64,000 bases of DNA. It comes from Candidatus Freyarchaeum deiterrae. GTDB taxonomy: Archaea > Asgardarchaeota > Jordiarchaeia > Jordiarchaeales > Jordiarchaeaceae. The notes under the pieces are model-generated. The model was not told where the DNA came from. It was given only the letters and a program-made list of their open reading frames with translations, and did no database searches. A program made the position numbers and the translations under genes. The stretch covers positions 2,944,001 through 3,008,000 of the forward strand of contig CP147778.1 of NCBI GenBank assembly GCA_037305845.1, read 5' to 3'. Positions 20,519 to 29,823 of the stretch are shown one piece after another. Within the stretch, counting starts at the first letter, position 1. Every line of letters begins with the position of its first letter.

Positions 20519-21295
20519 TTAGGCTTCGAATATTCTCCCTCTGCAATCGGGTTTATCGAATTCGTCCAGCACGTAGTCGAAGCGTTTTTTTGTTATGATT
20601 TCTGTGCAAGCATTGGCCAGTATCAGATTTACGCATTGCAAACCTCCGATCAGGCGTGATATTCCCTCATTCAATAAAGCCCGGCAGGTGTCCTTGTATG
20701 GACAATCAGAGTATAATATGCTTACCTGATTTTTTCCTTCCACTCCGAAATAATGAATCCGCTGAACCTTTTCCGCTTTGCTAACGGACAACCCTCTAGA
20801 TGCGAATGCAGCACCAGCTTTAGCAGCAAACGCTTTGGCTGCTTCCAAAACATTTTCGGTAGTTCCGACCAAATCTTTTAGCAGGCCACCTTTCTCGAGC
20901 ATGCTTTTAGTAGCGGTGTAGGCGGCTCTTCTGGATCCCGACGACCCGGCGTGGCCCTGGAGCTTGCTCTCCGTTTTGGCTATTCCGTAGATTAGGGCGC
21001 AGTTTCCTCTTGGGTATCGGTTCTCATTTGCAATAAGATATTTTATTACTGCTTCCAGCCCTCGAATGTCTTCGGGCGGCTTCTCTTTAAGCATCCTTGA
21101 CTCGAATTCCAGTGCATACTCGGAAACCATCCTATTGTAAATGGGACCGTAAAGCTTCACGTTTTCCTCAATGGAAGCTTTTGATATAAGTATATTAATT
21201 TGGTCTTCGAGCTCACCATCTATTATACATTCATTTTCAGAATTAGGCGCGTTTTCAGAATTAGATAAATTTTCAGATTTAGACATGGGAATCAA
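20519..21295 (-). CDS. Hypothetical protein with V4R/MetOD1-like Cys-rich C-terminus (paralog of 9717..10430)
   Basis: YSDCPYKDTC...GGLQC...FDYVLDEFDKPDC. Confidence 0.7.
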   Translation of the reverse strand: MIPMSKSENLSNSENAPNSENECIIDGELEDQINILISKASIEENVKLYGPIYNRMVSEYALEFESRMLKEKPPEDIRGLEAVIKYLIANENRYPRGNCALIYGIAKTESKLQGHAGSSGSRRAAYTATKSMLEKGGLLKDLVGTTENVLEAAKAFAAKAGAAFASRGLSVSKAEKVQRIHYFGVEGKNQVSILYSDCPYKDTCRALLNEGISRLIGGLQCVNLILANACTEIITKKRFDYVLDEFDKPDCRGRIFEA

Positions 21296-21815
21296 CCACC
21301 AAATAAAAATTATTTTATTTCCTCACTGTCTTTGTTTGGTCAATAAATAAATGGTCTCTACTTAAAAGAGAGAGTTTTCAGTTATTTAAACATTATTAAT
21401 ATATTTTTGTGTTATACTTTCTTCTTCCTATTTCTCTCGAAGGATTTTCCATATCAGCACCGTTTGCGGTTTCCAATGATAAGGGAGAGCCATTTTTTAA
21501 TGTTTATCGTGATGATTTTTTCTAAAAGGAATCCATAATTTCTGTAATAATTTTTTTGTCCCTGGTTGCTGGATGAAACAATATGGGGGCTCTTTCTTAT
21601 CTATAATCAATTTGAACAATTCAAATATCAGCTGCTTAAACTAGACCAGACGAACCGAAATGCGAGTATTTTTAGAGTATACATTAAAAAGAGAACATTT
21701 ACTTAGTTTTTCTCCTAAGATGAGAACGTTCCAGATTTTCGGAGAGCGACGAATTTCATTCTTTTAAAAGAAAGGGTTTTACTCATTTAGATTTCTAAAT
21801 TTCCATTTTGATTTT

Positions 21816-22043
21816 TCACTGACTTCCTCTCTGTATTGCCGCGCTTTCATCAACAAGTCTTCCAATCTTCAAAGCTCTTCTAGAGATTTTCTCTGTATCT
21901 TCATTACTGAATCTGCAACTAGTGTATATTCCCCTAACTGGATTGAAAACAATCTTTTTCTCTATTTCTGGAAGCTCGCATATAAATGCACAATATCCCC
22001 CATCGACTTTTTTGTCTTGTATGCGACAAAAAACTTGAGGCAT
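21816..22043 (-). CDS. Small Cys-containing hypothetical protein
   Basis: AGGAGAAGG RBS; four Cys (FCR, YCAFIC, SCR). Confidence 0.55.
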   Translation of the reverse strand: MPQVFCRIQDKKVDGGYCAFICELPEIEKKIVFNPVRGIYTSCRFSNEDTEKISRRALKIGRLVDESAAIQRGSQ

Positions 22044-22155
22044 ATATCCTTCTCCTGAACATTCTTTTGTTTATTAAGCGGATGATTACATATTTATATT
22101 CGGTTAATATCCTGATATATTTGGTAGACACATTGAAGTATTATTTAACTATTAC

Positions 22156-22315
22156 GGAGATACTCCCCGCCCCGGAGGACTGAGGGTTCTACACTCCTAT
22201 CGTTAGTGTTAGAACTGTGGAGCACGCAACCGCCCTGTTGGCGGCTTCTGCATCCTTCTCGGGTGAGCAAGCTCTATTATCCAAATTCCTTTTTTCAGTA
22301 TTTAGATTCCACACA
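22156..22315 (-). mobile_element. Relic of an IS200/IS605-family right end: TnpB C-terminal tail plus omega-RNA-like structured scaffold
   Basis: GC-rich multi-hairpin island in an AT-rich spacer; minus frame reads ILKKGIWIIELAHPRRMQKPP; ends GAACCCTCAGTCCTCCGGGGCGGGGAGTAT, resembling IS605-type right-end hairpins. Confidence 0.5.
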
Positions 22316-22512
22316 ATTCATTCTTTACTCTTAAAAGTGTATCGGCTTTCTTGCTAATCCTTGGTAACTGAAACGAGCAACCTTACAGGTTTCTGAGAAT
22401 GAATCTTGTTTCGGGGTTCGATTAATATTAGAGATTGACCGAAAGGAAAGAGTGAGGAGAGAATTGGGGTGTAGCTTTGCTTGGAATCTATTGTGAATGT
22501 TTTCTTCTGTTT

Positions 22513-22731
22513 TCACATCACTTCTGGTTTTAACTCGTCTAAGAATTCCTCGAGCTTCTTTGCGCTAGTGAAAACTTTTATCATATCCAACTCTTCTATT
22601 CTGACGATTGCCTGACCCGACTTTACTGTTACATACACTCCCCCGCACTTTTGATCATGGTTTAAATAAACCATGTCTTCGGAGTTTCTGCATCGCCAGT
22701 ATCTCTTTCTTCTTAGAACTTTTCTAAACAT
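22513..22731 (-). CDS. Small hypothetical protein
   Basis: GAGGTGG RBS before ATG; protein-like composition. Confidence 0.55.
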   Translation of the reverse strand: MFRKVLRRKRYWRCRNSEDMVYLNHDQKCGGVYVTVKSGQAIVRIEELDMIKVFTSAKKLEEFLDELKPEVM

Positions 22732-23192
22732 ACCACCTCACCTTATCGAACCGCTTTTCAATGCAATTATCTTTTTGTGCGGATGTAACTTATTAGGGTT
22801 GCTTTGCTGAAAGTTGAAATCTGAATATAAGGAAATTGCTGAAAATGCAAAACTTAAATAAAATTTTTGGTTTTTTTCAAATACTAGTTAATACAAGGTT
22901 ATCAGAAACAGAATTTTACTTAGGGAAGCATCTGAACAAAAGTTTCAGTCTAAAGTTCAGGGCGCCACGATACAAACCAGAAAAAGCAACATTTAAGAAA
23001 AGATCAAAAACGATACCCCGTTAAAAGGCATTAAATTCGCTTCATTCTAAAAAATTGAATTAAACCCCTTTTACAAAAACAAGTTAAATATAAACGCAGA
23101 CTTCAAAAAAGATTGAACATATTCGACAAATGACAAGTCAAGTCTGAGATTCAAAAAAATAAAAATAAAGATTAAAAAAAAAGAGGGAAATT

Positions 23193-24896
23193 CTAAGCAG
23201 GCTTCATTTTCTGTATCTCTTGTTCTCTTAGCACTCTTCTCAGTGTCTTACCAACCATACTCTTAGGCAGCGCGTCCAAGAATTCTACGTATCTCGGATA
23301 TTTGTATGCCGCCATTCGTTCCTTGCACCAGTCAAAAATCTGATCCTCACTAACCTTACCCTTGAACTCGGGTTTCAAAACGATAAATACCTTAATCTGC
23401 TCACCCGATTCGGGGTCAGGTACACCTATCACTGTAGCGTCCATTACCGCTTCGTTTTCGAATAAAACCTCTTCAAGCTCCCTCGGATAAACACTGTGAC
23501 CCTTATACTTGATTATGTCCTTGGTACGGTCCATGATGTAGAAGTGTCCCTTCTCATCCATTCGCGCAAGGTCGCCGGTCTTCAACCACTTCTTACCTTC
23601 AACTTCAAAGAACACCTTCTTGGTTTCCTCGGGGCGTTTCCAGTAACCTTTCATAACCTGAGGACCGCTGACCACCAGCTCACCCAGCTCACCGATGGGC
23701 AAAAACGCGTTAGTATCGGGATCCACGATACCCGCCAGAGTATTCGGAACCGGAGGACCGATAGACCCAGGCACACCAATAAAAATTGGGGCGGGACGAG
23801 TGTGGGTAACCGGACTTGCTTCGGTTAAACCGTAGCCCTCACTAAGAGGATTACCCGATACCTGCTGCCACTGCTTAAAAAGTTCGACGGGAGCTGGAGC
23901 AGCACCCATACTGAGATACTTCAAGCTAGAGAAATCAATACTATGAGACTTGGGATGATTCAGTAAATAGATTAGGATAGCGGGAACAGCGAGAAGCGTA
24001 TTCGGCTTAAAGTTCTGGATTGCGTCAAGAACCTGAACGGGATCAAACTGGGTAAAACACGTACTGATACTATTCAACAAAGTAGCAGTAGCAATCTCGC
24101 AGGTCTGCCCGTATATGTGATACCATGGTAGCACTGAAATTCCTCTTGTTCTTTCATAGCCGTACTTTTTGTTTATGGTTTCTGTAATGGGCTTTATCTG
24201 TAAGGCGTTCGCTAAAATGTTGTAATGAGTAAGCATTGCGCCCTTAGGCAGGCCGGTTGTTCCTCCTGTGTACTGGAGCACCGCTACGTCTTCTGTGGGT
24301 TTTATTCTTATCTTCGGCGGCATTGGTGGAGTTTTTTCCATTAGTTCTTCGTATTTCACTATTTTGTCCAGGTCTTCTTTATCTATGTTAAGTTTCTCCC
24401 CGCCAATGCTGGTAACTATAATGTTTTTGAGCTGAGTTTCACCCTTAATCTGCTTAACGTTGTTGTAGAAAAGATCAATTGTCACTATGGTTTTTGCTCC
24501 GCTGTCCTTCAACTGGTAAGCTACCTCACGGGGTACAAATAGAGGGCTGATGGCGGTAACAGTGGCTCCAGACATTAAAATGCCGTAGTACGCCACCAGA
24601 AACTGGATGCAGTTCGGGAGGTAAATCGCAACTACATCATCCCTTCTCACTCCTAGATTGTAGAGAGCTGCCGCTAATTTCATAGCCCCGTCGCGAACTT
24701 GTTTGCGAGTGTACCCTTTACCATAAAAGAACATGAAAGCCTCGTCACCCCACTTTGCCACAGATTCATTGAGTGTATCGATCAAAGTCTTGTCTTTGGG
24801 AATTTTAACCTCTTTGGGATAATCCTTAGGATAGTAATTCAACCATATTTTCTTCTTGACATAATCAGGCAACTGAATATATTTTACGTTAAACAT
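23193..24896 (-). CDS. Long-chain fatty acid--CoA ligase (FadD-like), paralog 1
   Basis: QYTGGTTGLPKG, EGYGLTEASP, TGDLARMD, DRTKDII, LPKSMVGK; start set at MFNVK by alignment with the paralogs. Confidence 0.93.
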   Translation of the reverse strand: MFNVKYIQLPDYVKKKIWLNYYPKDYPKEVKIPKDKTLIDTLNESVAKWGDEAFMFFYGKGYTRKQVRDGAMKLAAALYNLGVRRDDVVAIYLPNCIQFLVAYYGILMSGATVTAISPLFVPREVAYQLKDSGAKTIVTIDLFYNNVKQIKGETQLKNIIVTSIGGEKLNIDKEDLDKIVKYEELMEKTPPMPPKIRIKPTEDVAVLQYTGGTTGLPKGAMLTHYNILANALQIKPITETINKKYGYERTRGISVLPWYHIYGQTCEIATATLLNSISTCFTQFDPVQVLDAIQNFKPNTLLAVPAILIYLLNHPKSHSIDFSSLKYLSMGAAPAPVELFKQWQQVSGNPLSEGYGLTEASPVTHTRPAPIFIGVPGSIGPPVPNTLAGIVDPDTNAFLPIGELGELVVSGPQVMKGYWKRPEETKKVFFEVEGKKWLKTGDLARMDEKGHFYIMDRTKDIIKYKGHSVYPRELEEVLFENEAVMDATVIGVPDPESGEQIKVFIVLKPEFKGKVSEDQIFDWCKERMAAYKYPRYVEFLDALPKSMVGKTLRRVLREQEIQKMKPA

Positions 24897-24929
24897 CTGA
24901 AAAGTCCACCCTACTTCCATTTTATCTTA

Positions 24930-24970
24930 ATATAATTTATCGGTTTACTAATTAATAAATACTATTACCC
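24930..24970 (-). promoter_or_regulatory. Conserved promoter/operator element shared by all three acyl-CoA ligase genes
   Basis: TAATAGTATTTATTAATTAGTAAACCGATAAATTA, near-identical to 50132-50166 and 53962-53996. Confidence 0.65.
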
Positions 24971-25103
24971 ATTTTTACACAATTATCCCCTTTTCTTTTC
25001 GGCGGAATAAGCCCTTGTAATTAAATTTTCATGTCCCACATCCTTTTTTTCTTGTTTTCCGATATTCAGATATGTACTCCTTTTTAATTATTGTTCAGGA
25101 GGT

Positions 25104-26375
25104 GTGTTTTTGTCCTTAGAGGAGTTGGCTCTTAATTATCATAGAAATAATACCCCCGGCAATGGTAAATTCGAAGTCATTGCAAAGACGCCTGTGAGAA
25201 ACCTAAAAGATCTGGCTCTTGCTTATACTCCCGGAGTCGCCGAACCCTCAAGAGTGATAAGTAAAGACTTATCCAAGATTTACGATTTCACAGTTAAGGG
25301 AAACCTTGTAGCGGTTGTTTCAGACGGTACATCTGTTTTAGGATTGGGAAACATCGGGCCTTACGCGGCTGTACCCGTGATGGAAGGAAAAGCAATTCTT
25401 TTTAAGATGCTTGCAGGTGTGGACGCCTTCCCCATCTGTTTAGCAACAAAAGACCCGAGTGGAGTAGTTGAAGCAGTCAAAGCTATTGCGCCGGTCTTTG
25501 GAGGAGTAAATCTTGAAGACATTGGGGCCCCCTCATGCTTTGAGGTTGAATCACGATTAAAAAAAGAGCTGGATATTCCTGTCCTTCATGACGACCAGCA
25601 TGGAACCGCAGTAGTAGTTCTGGCGGGTTTAACAAACGCTCTAAAGGTTGTCGACAAAAAAATGGACGAAGTTCAAGTCGTGATTAATGGAGCCGGCGCA
25701 GCGGGTCTGACGGTGTCAAAGTTTCTATTGAAAGCCGGAGTAAAAGATTTGAGCCTGTGCGATAGTCAGGGAGCAATCTACGAGGGCAGAACTCAAAACA
25801 TGAATCCTTACAAGGAAGAAATCGCGCGTATCACGAATAAAAAGAGAATCGAGGGAAAACTATCAGACCTGATGAAAGACGCTGATGTATTTATCGGACT
25901 CTCTGTCGCGGGGATTGTTACTCGACAAATGGTGGAATCGATGGCAGACGACCCAATTGTTTTCGCAATGGCTAATCCAGTGCCTGAGATAATGCCCGAC
26001 GAAGCCTTAGAGGGTGGAGCAAAAGTCGTGGCAACCGGTAGATCAGATTTCCCAAATCAAATAAACAACGTACTAGGATTTCCCGGAATCTTTAGAGGAG
26101 CACTCGATGTGCGGGCTTCAGACATAAATGAAGAAATGAAAATAGCCGCAGCTCACGCCATAGCATCACTCGTTCCGGAGGAGAAGCTTTCAGAAAAATA
26201 CATAATCACCAGTCCCCTAGACCCGCGAGTTATGCCCGAGGAAGCCGCAGCGGTAGCCGAAGCAGCCATGAAAAGCGGAGTGGCTAGAACAAAAATAAAC
26301 CCCAGAGAAGTAGCAGAGCACACCAGAAAACTTGTTAATCTACAAAAGAAAAGAACACCCAAACTGTTCCCTTAA
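25104..26375 (+). CDS. NAD(P)-dependent malic enzyme
   Basis: AYTPGVA, VMEGKAILFK, NLEDI, HDDQHGT, GAGAAG, NNVLGFPG. Confidence 0.95.
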   Translation: MFLSLEELALNYHRNNTPGNGKFEVIAKTPVRNLKDLALAYTPGVAEPSRVISKDLSKIYDFTVKGNLVAVVSDGTSVLGLGNIGPYAAVPVMEGKAILFKMLAGVDAFPICLATKDPSGVVEAVKAIAPVFGGVNLEDIGAPSCFEVESRLKKELDIPVLHDDQHGTAVVVLAGLTNALKVVDKKMDEVQVVINGAGAAGLTVSKFLLKAGVKDLSLCDSQGAIYEGRTQNMNPYKEEIARITNKKRIEGKLSDLMKDADVFIGLSVAGIVTRQMVESMADDPIVFAMANPVPEIMPDEALEGGAKVVATGRSDFPNQINNVLGFPGIFRGALDVRASDINEEMKIAAAHAIASLVPEEKLSEKYIITSPLDPRVMPEEAAAVAEAAMKSGVARTKINPREVAEHTRKLVNLQKKRTPKLFP

Positions 26376-26591
26376 CCATTCTAAATTTTAACAATATTTC
26401 ATTATTTACTCAGCAATAGTTAGTCAAATTTTTCTAGCACATATATCCATTCCCAACTAAACAATTGGCACATAAATAGTGAATTTACGAAAAAAACCAG
26501 ATGCAAACTCAATCCCTGCAACTTTTCAACTCGCATTTTATCTTAAATTAAGATTAAAAAAAGAAGATTTTTTGATGAATTTTTCACGATT

Positions 26592-26756
26592 CTATCCTTT
26601 ATATTCTTCGAACATATCCTTTGCTGCTCCGCAAACCGGACAAGTCCAGTCTGCTGGAAGGACTTCAAAGGCTGTTCCGGGTGGTATGCCTTTCTCCGGG
26701 TCTCCTACATCTGGGTCATAAATATATCCACAAACTGTACATTGCCACTTCTGCAT
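26592..26756 (-). CDS. Rubredoxin 1 (54 aa; below the ORF-track cutoff)
   Basis: [54 protein letters not shown]; AGGAGG RBS. Confidence 0.95.
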   Translation of the reverse strand: MQKWQCTVCGYIYDPDVGDPEKGIPPGTAFEVLPADWTCPVCGAAKDMFEEYKG

Positions 26757-26971
26757 CCCTTTTCCTCCTTTTATAACTCTTTTCAGAATTTTTAATTGAA
26801 ATTAAGAAGAAGAATAAAAATATATTTCTTTCGTTAAGATTTTTAAAAAGGCAGTGAGTATATATAGATACATCATTCATGGAGAGATAGCCACTTTATC
26901 TTTGTGGCTTGTAAGCCGAGTCTTGTCTCATCAAATTAAAAGAGAGTATTTTTTGCACTTGTTTTTTGACT

Positions 26972-27136
26972 CTACTCTTCCAGGGGTTCAAACATATCTT
27001 TTGGTACTCCACAGACCGGGCATACCCAGTCATCTGGGAGGTCTTCAAAAGTGGTTCCCGGTGGAACGCCTCCGTCCGGGTCTCCTACATTTGGATCATA
27101 AATATATCCGCAGGATGTGCATTGCCATTTCTGCAT
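26972..27136 (-). CDS. Rubredoxin 2 (54 aa; below the ORF-track cutoff)
   Basis: [54 protein letters not shown]; GGAGG RBS. Confidence 0.95.
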   Translation of the reverse strand: MQKWQCTSCGYIYDPNVGDPDGGVPPGTTFEDLPDDWVCPVCGVPKDMFEPLEE

Positions 27137-27573
27137 CACATTTTTCCTCCATCAATTTTTGACACTCAGTTCTTTTATACCAGATTTCTTTATATAATTT
27201 ATCGTTAAATTCTTCCCATTTTTCAATGGGTCGTCTTTTTACAAGAAACATACCGTGCGTTTATGGCTATTTCTTAATTTATCAAATTCATAAATATTGT
27301 GTTGAGTCTCTTTTCTTCAACTAAAAATTCCTTATAAATTCGTTTTTGAATACACTAATGTAATACACATCATTGTTTTTTAAGTGTCCTAAAACTGGGA
27401 ATTTTGGATTTTTTTCTACAAATTGATTGTCCAAAAATCTCTTAATCTCAATGTTGCAATTTTTGAAAATTAAAAATGTATTCAACAGTTTTTTATAAAT
27501 ATAAAATAATATTCTTTAGCGTCTTTAGCTAATTACAAAATATTTAACATCATTAAAATAACACAACCAGTGC

Positions 27574-27725
27574 ATTCTATTAATGAAAGTCACCGAAAAA
27601 AAGCAGTCAATGTCTCCATGAAAGAAGAGATTTTATCAGTATTCACCTCAGCTAATCTGAGAGGCAGAATAAATGCTATGTCCGACTTCTGCGAACCTGA
27701 AAAATTCGTTGTCGACCAGGGTTGA
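27574..27725 (+). pseudogene. Frameshifted relic of the C-terminal half of the ~117-aa repeat domain found at 48626-53840
   Basis: Reads ILLMKVTEK, then after a 1-nt shift in an A-run AVNVSMKEEILSVFTSANLRGRINAMSDFCEPEK, matching FLMKVTEK...INLRGRINALSDFYNLEK. Confidence 0.75.
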
Positions 27726-27854
27726 AAGTTAGAAGATGGAATCCACTAACTTGAAATGTTTATTGGATAAGCAAACTCTAAGCGTTTTTATAAAAAAGAT
27801 TTAGTAAAAAAAGGGAACTATTTTTTTTCCATTTTTTTTAAACGGAAAAATCAT

Positions 27855-28064
27855 TTAAAATCTGGACTCTCTTCTTTGATAAGATCTTTTCGGTCGCTTT
27901 TTCTGGTAGCATTCTCGACAGTAAACCGGTCTAACGCCGTCTGGTTTGAATGGAACCTGAGTTTCCTTACCACAATCGGCGCAGGTTACAGTGTGCATCT
28001 CTCGAGGTGGACGTTCTCCACGTCCTCTTCTGTCCTGTCCAGAATCTTCGTCGTCTTCGCTCAT
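27855..28064 (-). CDS. CxxC-x17-CxxC zinc-ribbon protein (putative nucleic-acid binding)
   Basis: REMHTVTCADCGKETQVPFKPDGVRPVYCRECY; AAGGAGG RBS before the ATG at 28064. Confidence 0.92.
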   Translation of the reverse strand: MSEDDEDSGQDRRGRGERPPREMHTVTCADCGKETQVPFKPDGVRPVYCRECYQKKRPKRSYQRRESRF

Positions 28065-28545
28065 ATTAATCCTCCTTGTCAGTATTAGGAACTCTTTTTT
28101 TAGAAAAAGAGCCACTGTCTGAAGTAAAACACTAAGAATATATAAACTGTATCCCTTCGCGCACAATTTTATGTCGATACGAAGGTTTAAACTTGATTTT
28201 TCCCCAAAACCTATTGGTTTTTGAAAAACTCCGTTATTTACAAAGAGATTTCTGGAGTATTTCCTAATTGCTATTAGGGTGTCTCTATTCCTAAATATAA
28301 TATGTTACAAATCACTATAATATATTTTCATTCACACTCAATTATTTAATTTACAAATTGAATTTTATAGATTATTTTTTGTTTATAATTATTGGGCGCG
28401 TTTTACATGAAGTTTCGGAAAAAAAAGGTCTTTTTGCAGAAAATTTTAATCTTTTGTTTATTTTTGCACACATATTTATTAGTGTTACATGTTTCTATTT
28501 TTCTAAGTTAATTTTGGATAAAGGGATGAGAGGTTTACACATACC

Positions 28546-28809
28546 ATGACAGATAAAGCATTTCAAACGATTTGCTCATTAAAAAATGGAGTTTGTGAAA
28601 AAACTCGAATAATAATTAATTTCGAGAAAAACGCCGCAACCATTAATCCGGAGAAATGCCTTGAATGTCCACTTTTAGAGGAAAAGGTAAGAAGATCGGT
28701 AATAATACTTTCTGGTTCTCCTATGACTGAGCTGTACAAAAAAATGCCCACATTTATAATAGGCTTTGATTTACAAATTCCTAAGAGAACCATAGAAACG
28801 GAACAGTAA
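28546..28809 (+). CDS. Small hypothetical protein (four Cys)
   Basis: GAGAGG RBS; ICS..GVC...CLEC. Confidence 0.5.
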   Translation: MTDKAFQTICSLKNGVCEKTRIIINFEKNAATINPEKCLECPLLEEKVRRSVIILSGSPMTELYKKMPTFIIGFDLQIPKRTIETEQ

Positions 28810-28932
28810 CTAATAGACCATCATGAAAAAAGTCTAAACAAACATCTTCAATATTCGAAACTCGGAAACTTACTTACTATGAGATTCTTGGGGAGTGGGT
28901 ACTAGAACAATTTCACAAAATTATATTTGGGA

Positions 28933-29748
28933 TTAAAATTTCACGTCCTTTTTGAGAATGGCCGTTTTTTTAGCGCAGGTTTTGAGCAGTGTTTTTGTTC
29001 CGCCTGCCTGGCTCACGATTTGTAGCATTTTTTGGGTATCGTAAATTTTTACTCCCATCACTGCTGTGGCACCTCTTCTAAATAGGGGTTGAGGAACGAA
29101 GCTAGCCGTGGGCCCCAGGAGCACCACTTCACGCTCCTCCGCACAGTTTTTTAGTATGTTGCCCACTGATCGATTAACTAATGTACTCCCGGTGATTATC
29201 GCGATATCGGCTTTGGAGCTCAGTTTCTTGAGCTGTGTTTCTTTGACAACCTTAACCATTGGGTTTTGAATATCTATTCTCTCTATAACTGTTATATCTG
29301 ATGTTTTTTCCATTAGTTTGGGGATTACCGGAGCCATGTATCCCACCATTAAAATTTTGTCTCCGGATTGGACTAGGTCTAATACATCTACTTCTGTGAA
29401 AGGGTAGAGGTGCGGCTTTTTATTGAAGGCGATTTGTGAAACAGCGTTAATAGTTGCGACGCCTATAGCTGCCGTTACTAGGTCTGGGGAAGTTGCTAGG
29501 TTCATCATGTCCCTAGCTTTTGAGTTTTGCAATTCTCCAGACTTTTCAATAATCTTACAATCAGAGGAATCTTCTCTAAGAACGTGTGCTAATCCTCCTT
29601 CTCCAGTTGAGAGCACGACTCCTGCATACTCAAGCCCTATTCTTAAATCGCTAACCAAGACTTCTTCTAGATGCGGAGCTAACTCATTTTCCAAATAGTT
29701 AATTAAACTCTTTGCAGAGTCCATAGATAAAAACTTCCAAACAATCAC
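28933..29748 (-). CDS. DUF364 family Rossmann-like protein
   Basis: IGVATINA, MVGYM.P, IITGSTLVN, LLGPTAS. Confidence 0.88.
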   Translation of the reverse strand: MIVWKFLSMDSAKSLINYLENELAPHLEEVLVSDLRIGLEYAGVVLSTGEGGLAHVLREDSSDCKIIEKSGELQNSKARDMMNLATSPDLVTAAIGVATINAVSQIAFNKKPHLYPFTEVDVLDLVQSGDKILMVGYMAPVIPKLMEKTSDITVIERIDIQNPMVKVVKETQLKKLSSKADIAIITGSTLVNRSVGNILKNCAEEREVVLLGPTASFVPQPLFRRGATAVMGVKIYDTQKMLQIVSQAGGTKTLLKTCAKKTAILKKDVKF

Positions 29749-29823
29749 TCAAAATGGTATGTATGTGCACTGTATGGAAATCGTCAAGAAAATTAATTGA
29801 AGAGTGTTAATAAAAATTTGGTT

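Noticed and set aside
22135-22155. Putative omega-RNA guide matching the ligase promoters (GTAATAGT)
   Set aside because: Only an 8-nt AT-rich match, which is expected by chance.
22156-22275. tRNA, tRNA-Sec, 5S rRNA or hammerhead ribozyme
   Set aside because: No TTCRA T-loop or anticodon arm, no 5S signature and no CUGAUGA/GAAA core. An IS-end/omega-RNA origin fits better.
22331-22516. 61-aa ORF overlapping the stop of 22513..22731
   Set aside because: No recognisable features; insufficient support.
26872-26935. SECIS element or C/D-box sRNA (minus strand begins TGATGA)
   Set aside because: The neighbouring genes have no in-frame TGA, the SECIS stem geometry is not met, and there is no D box (CTGA).
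26479-27208. Plus-strand ORFs 26479, 26854 and 26966
   Set aside because: Antisense shadows of the two rubredoxin genes.
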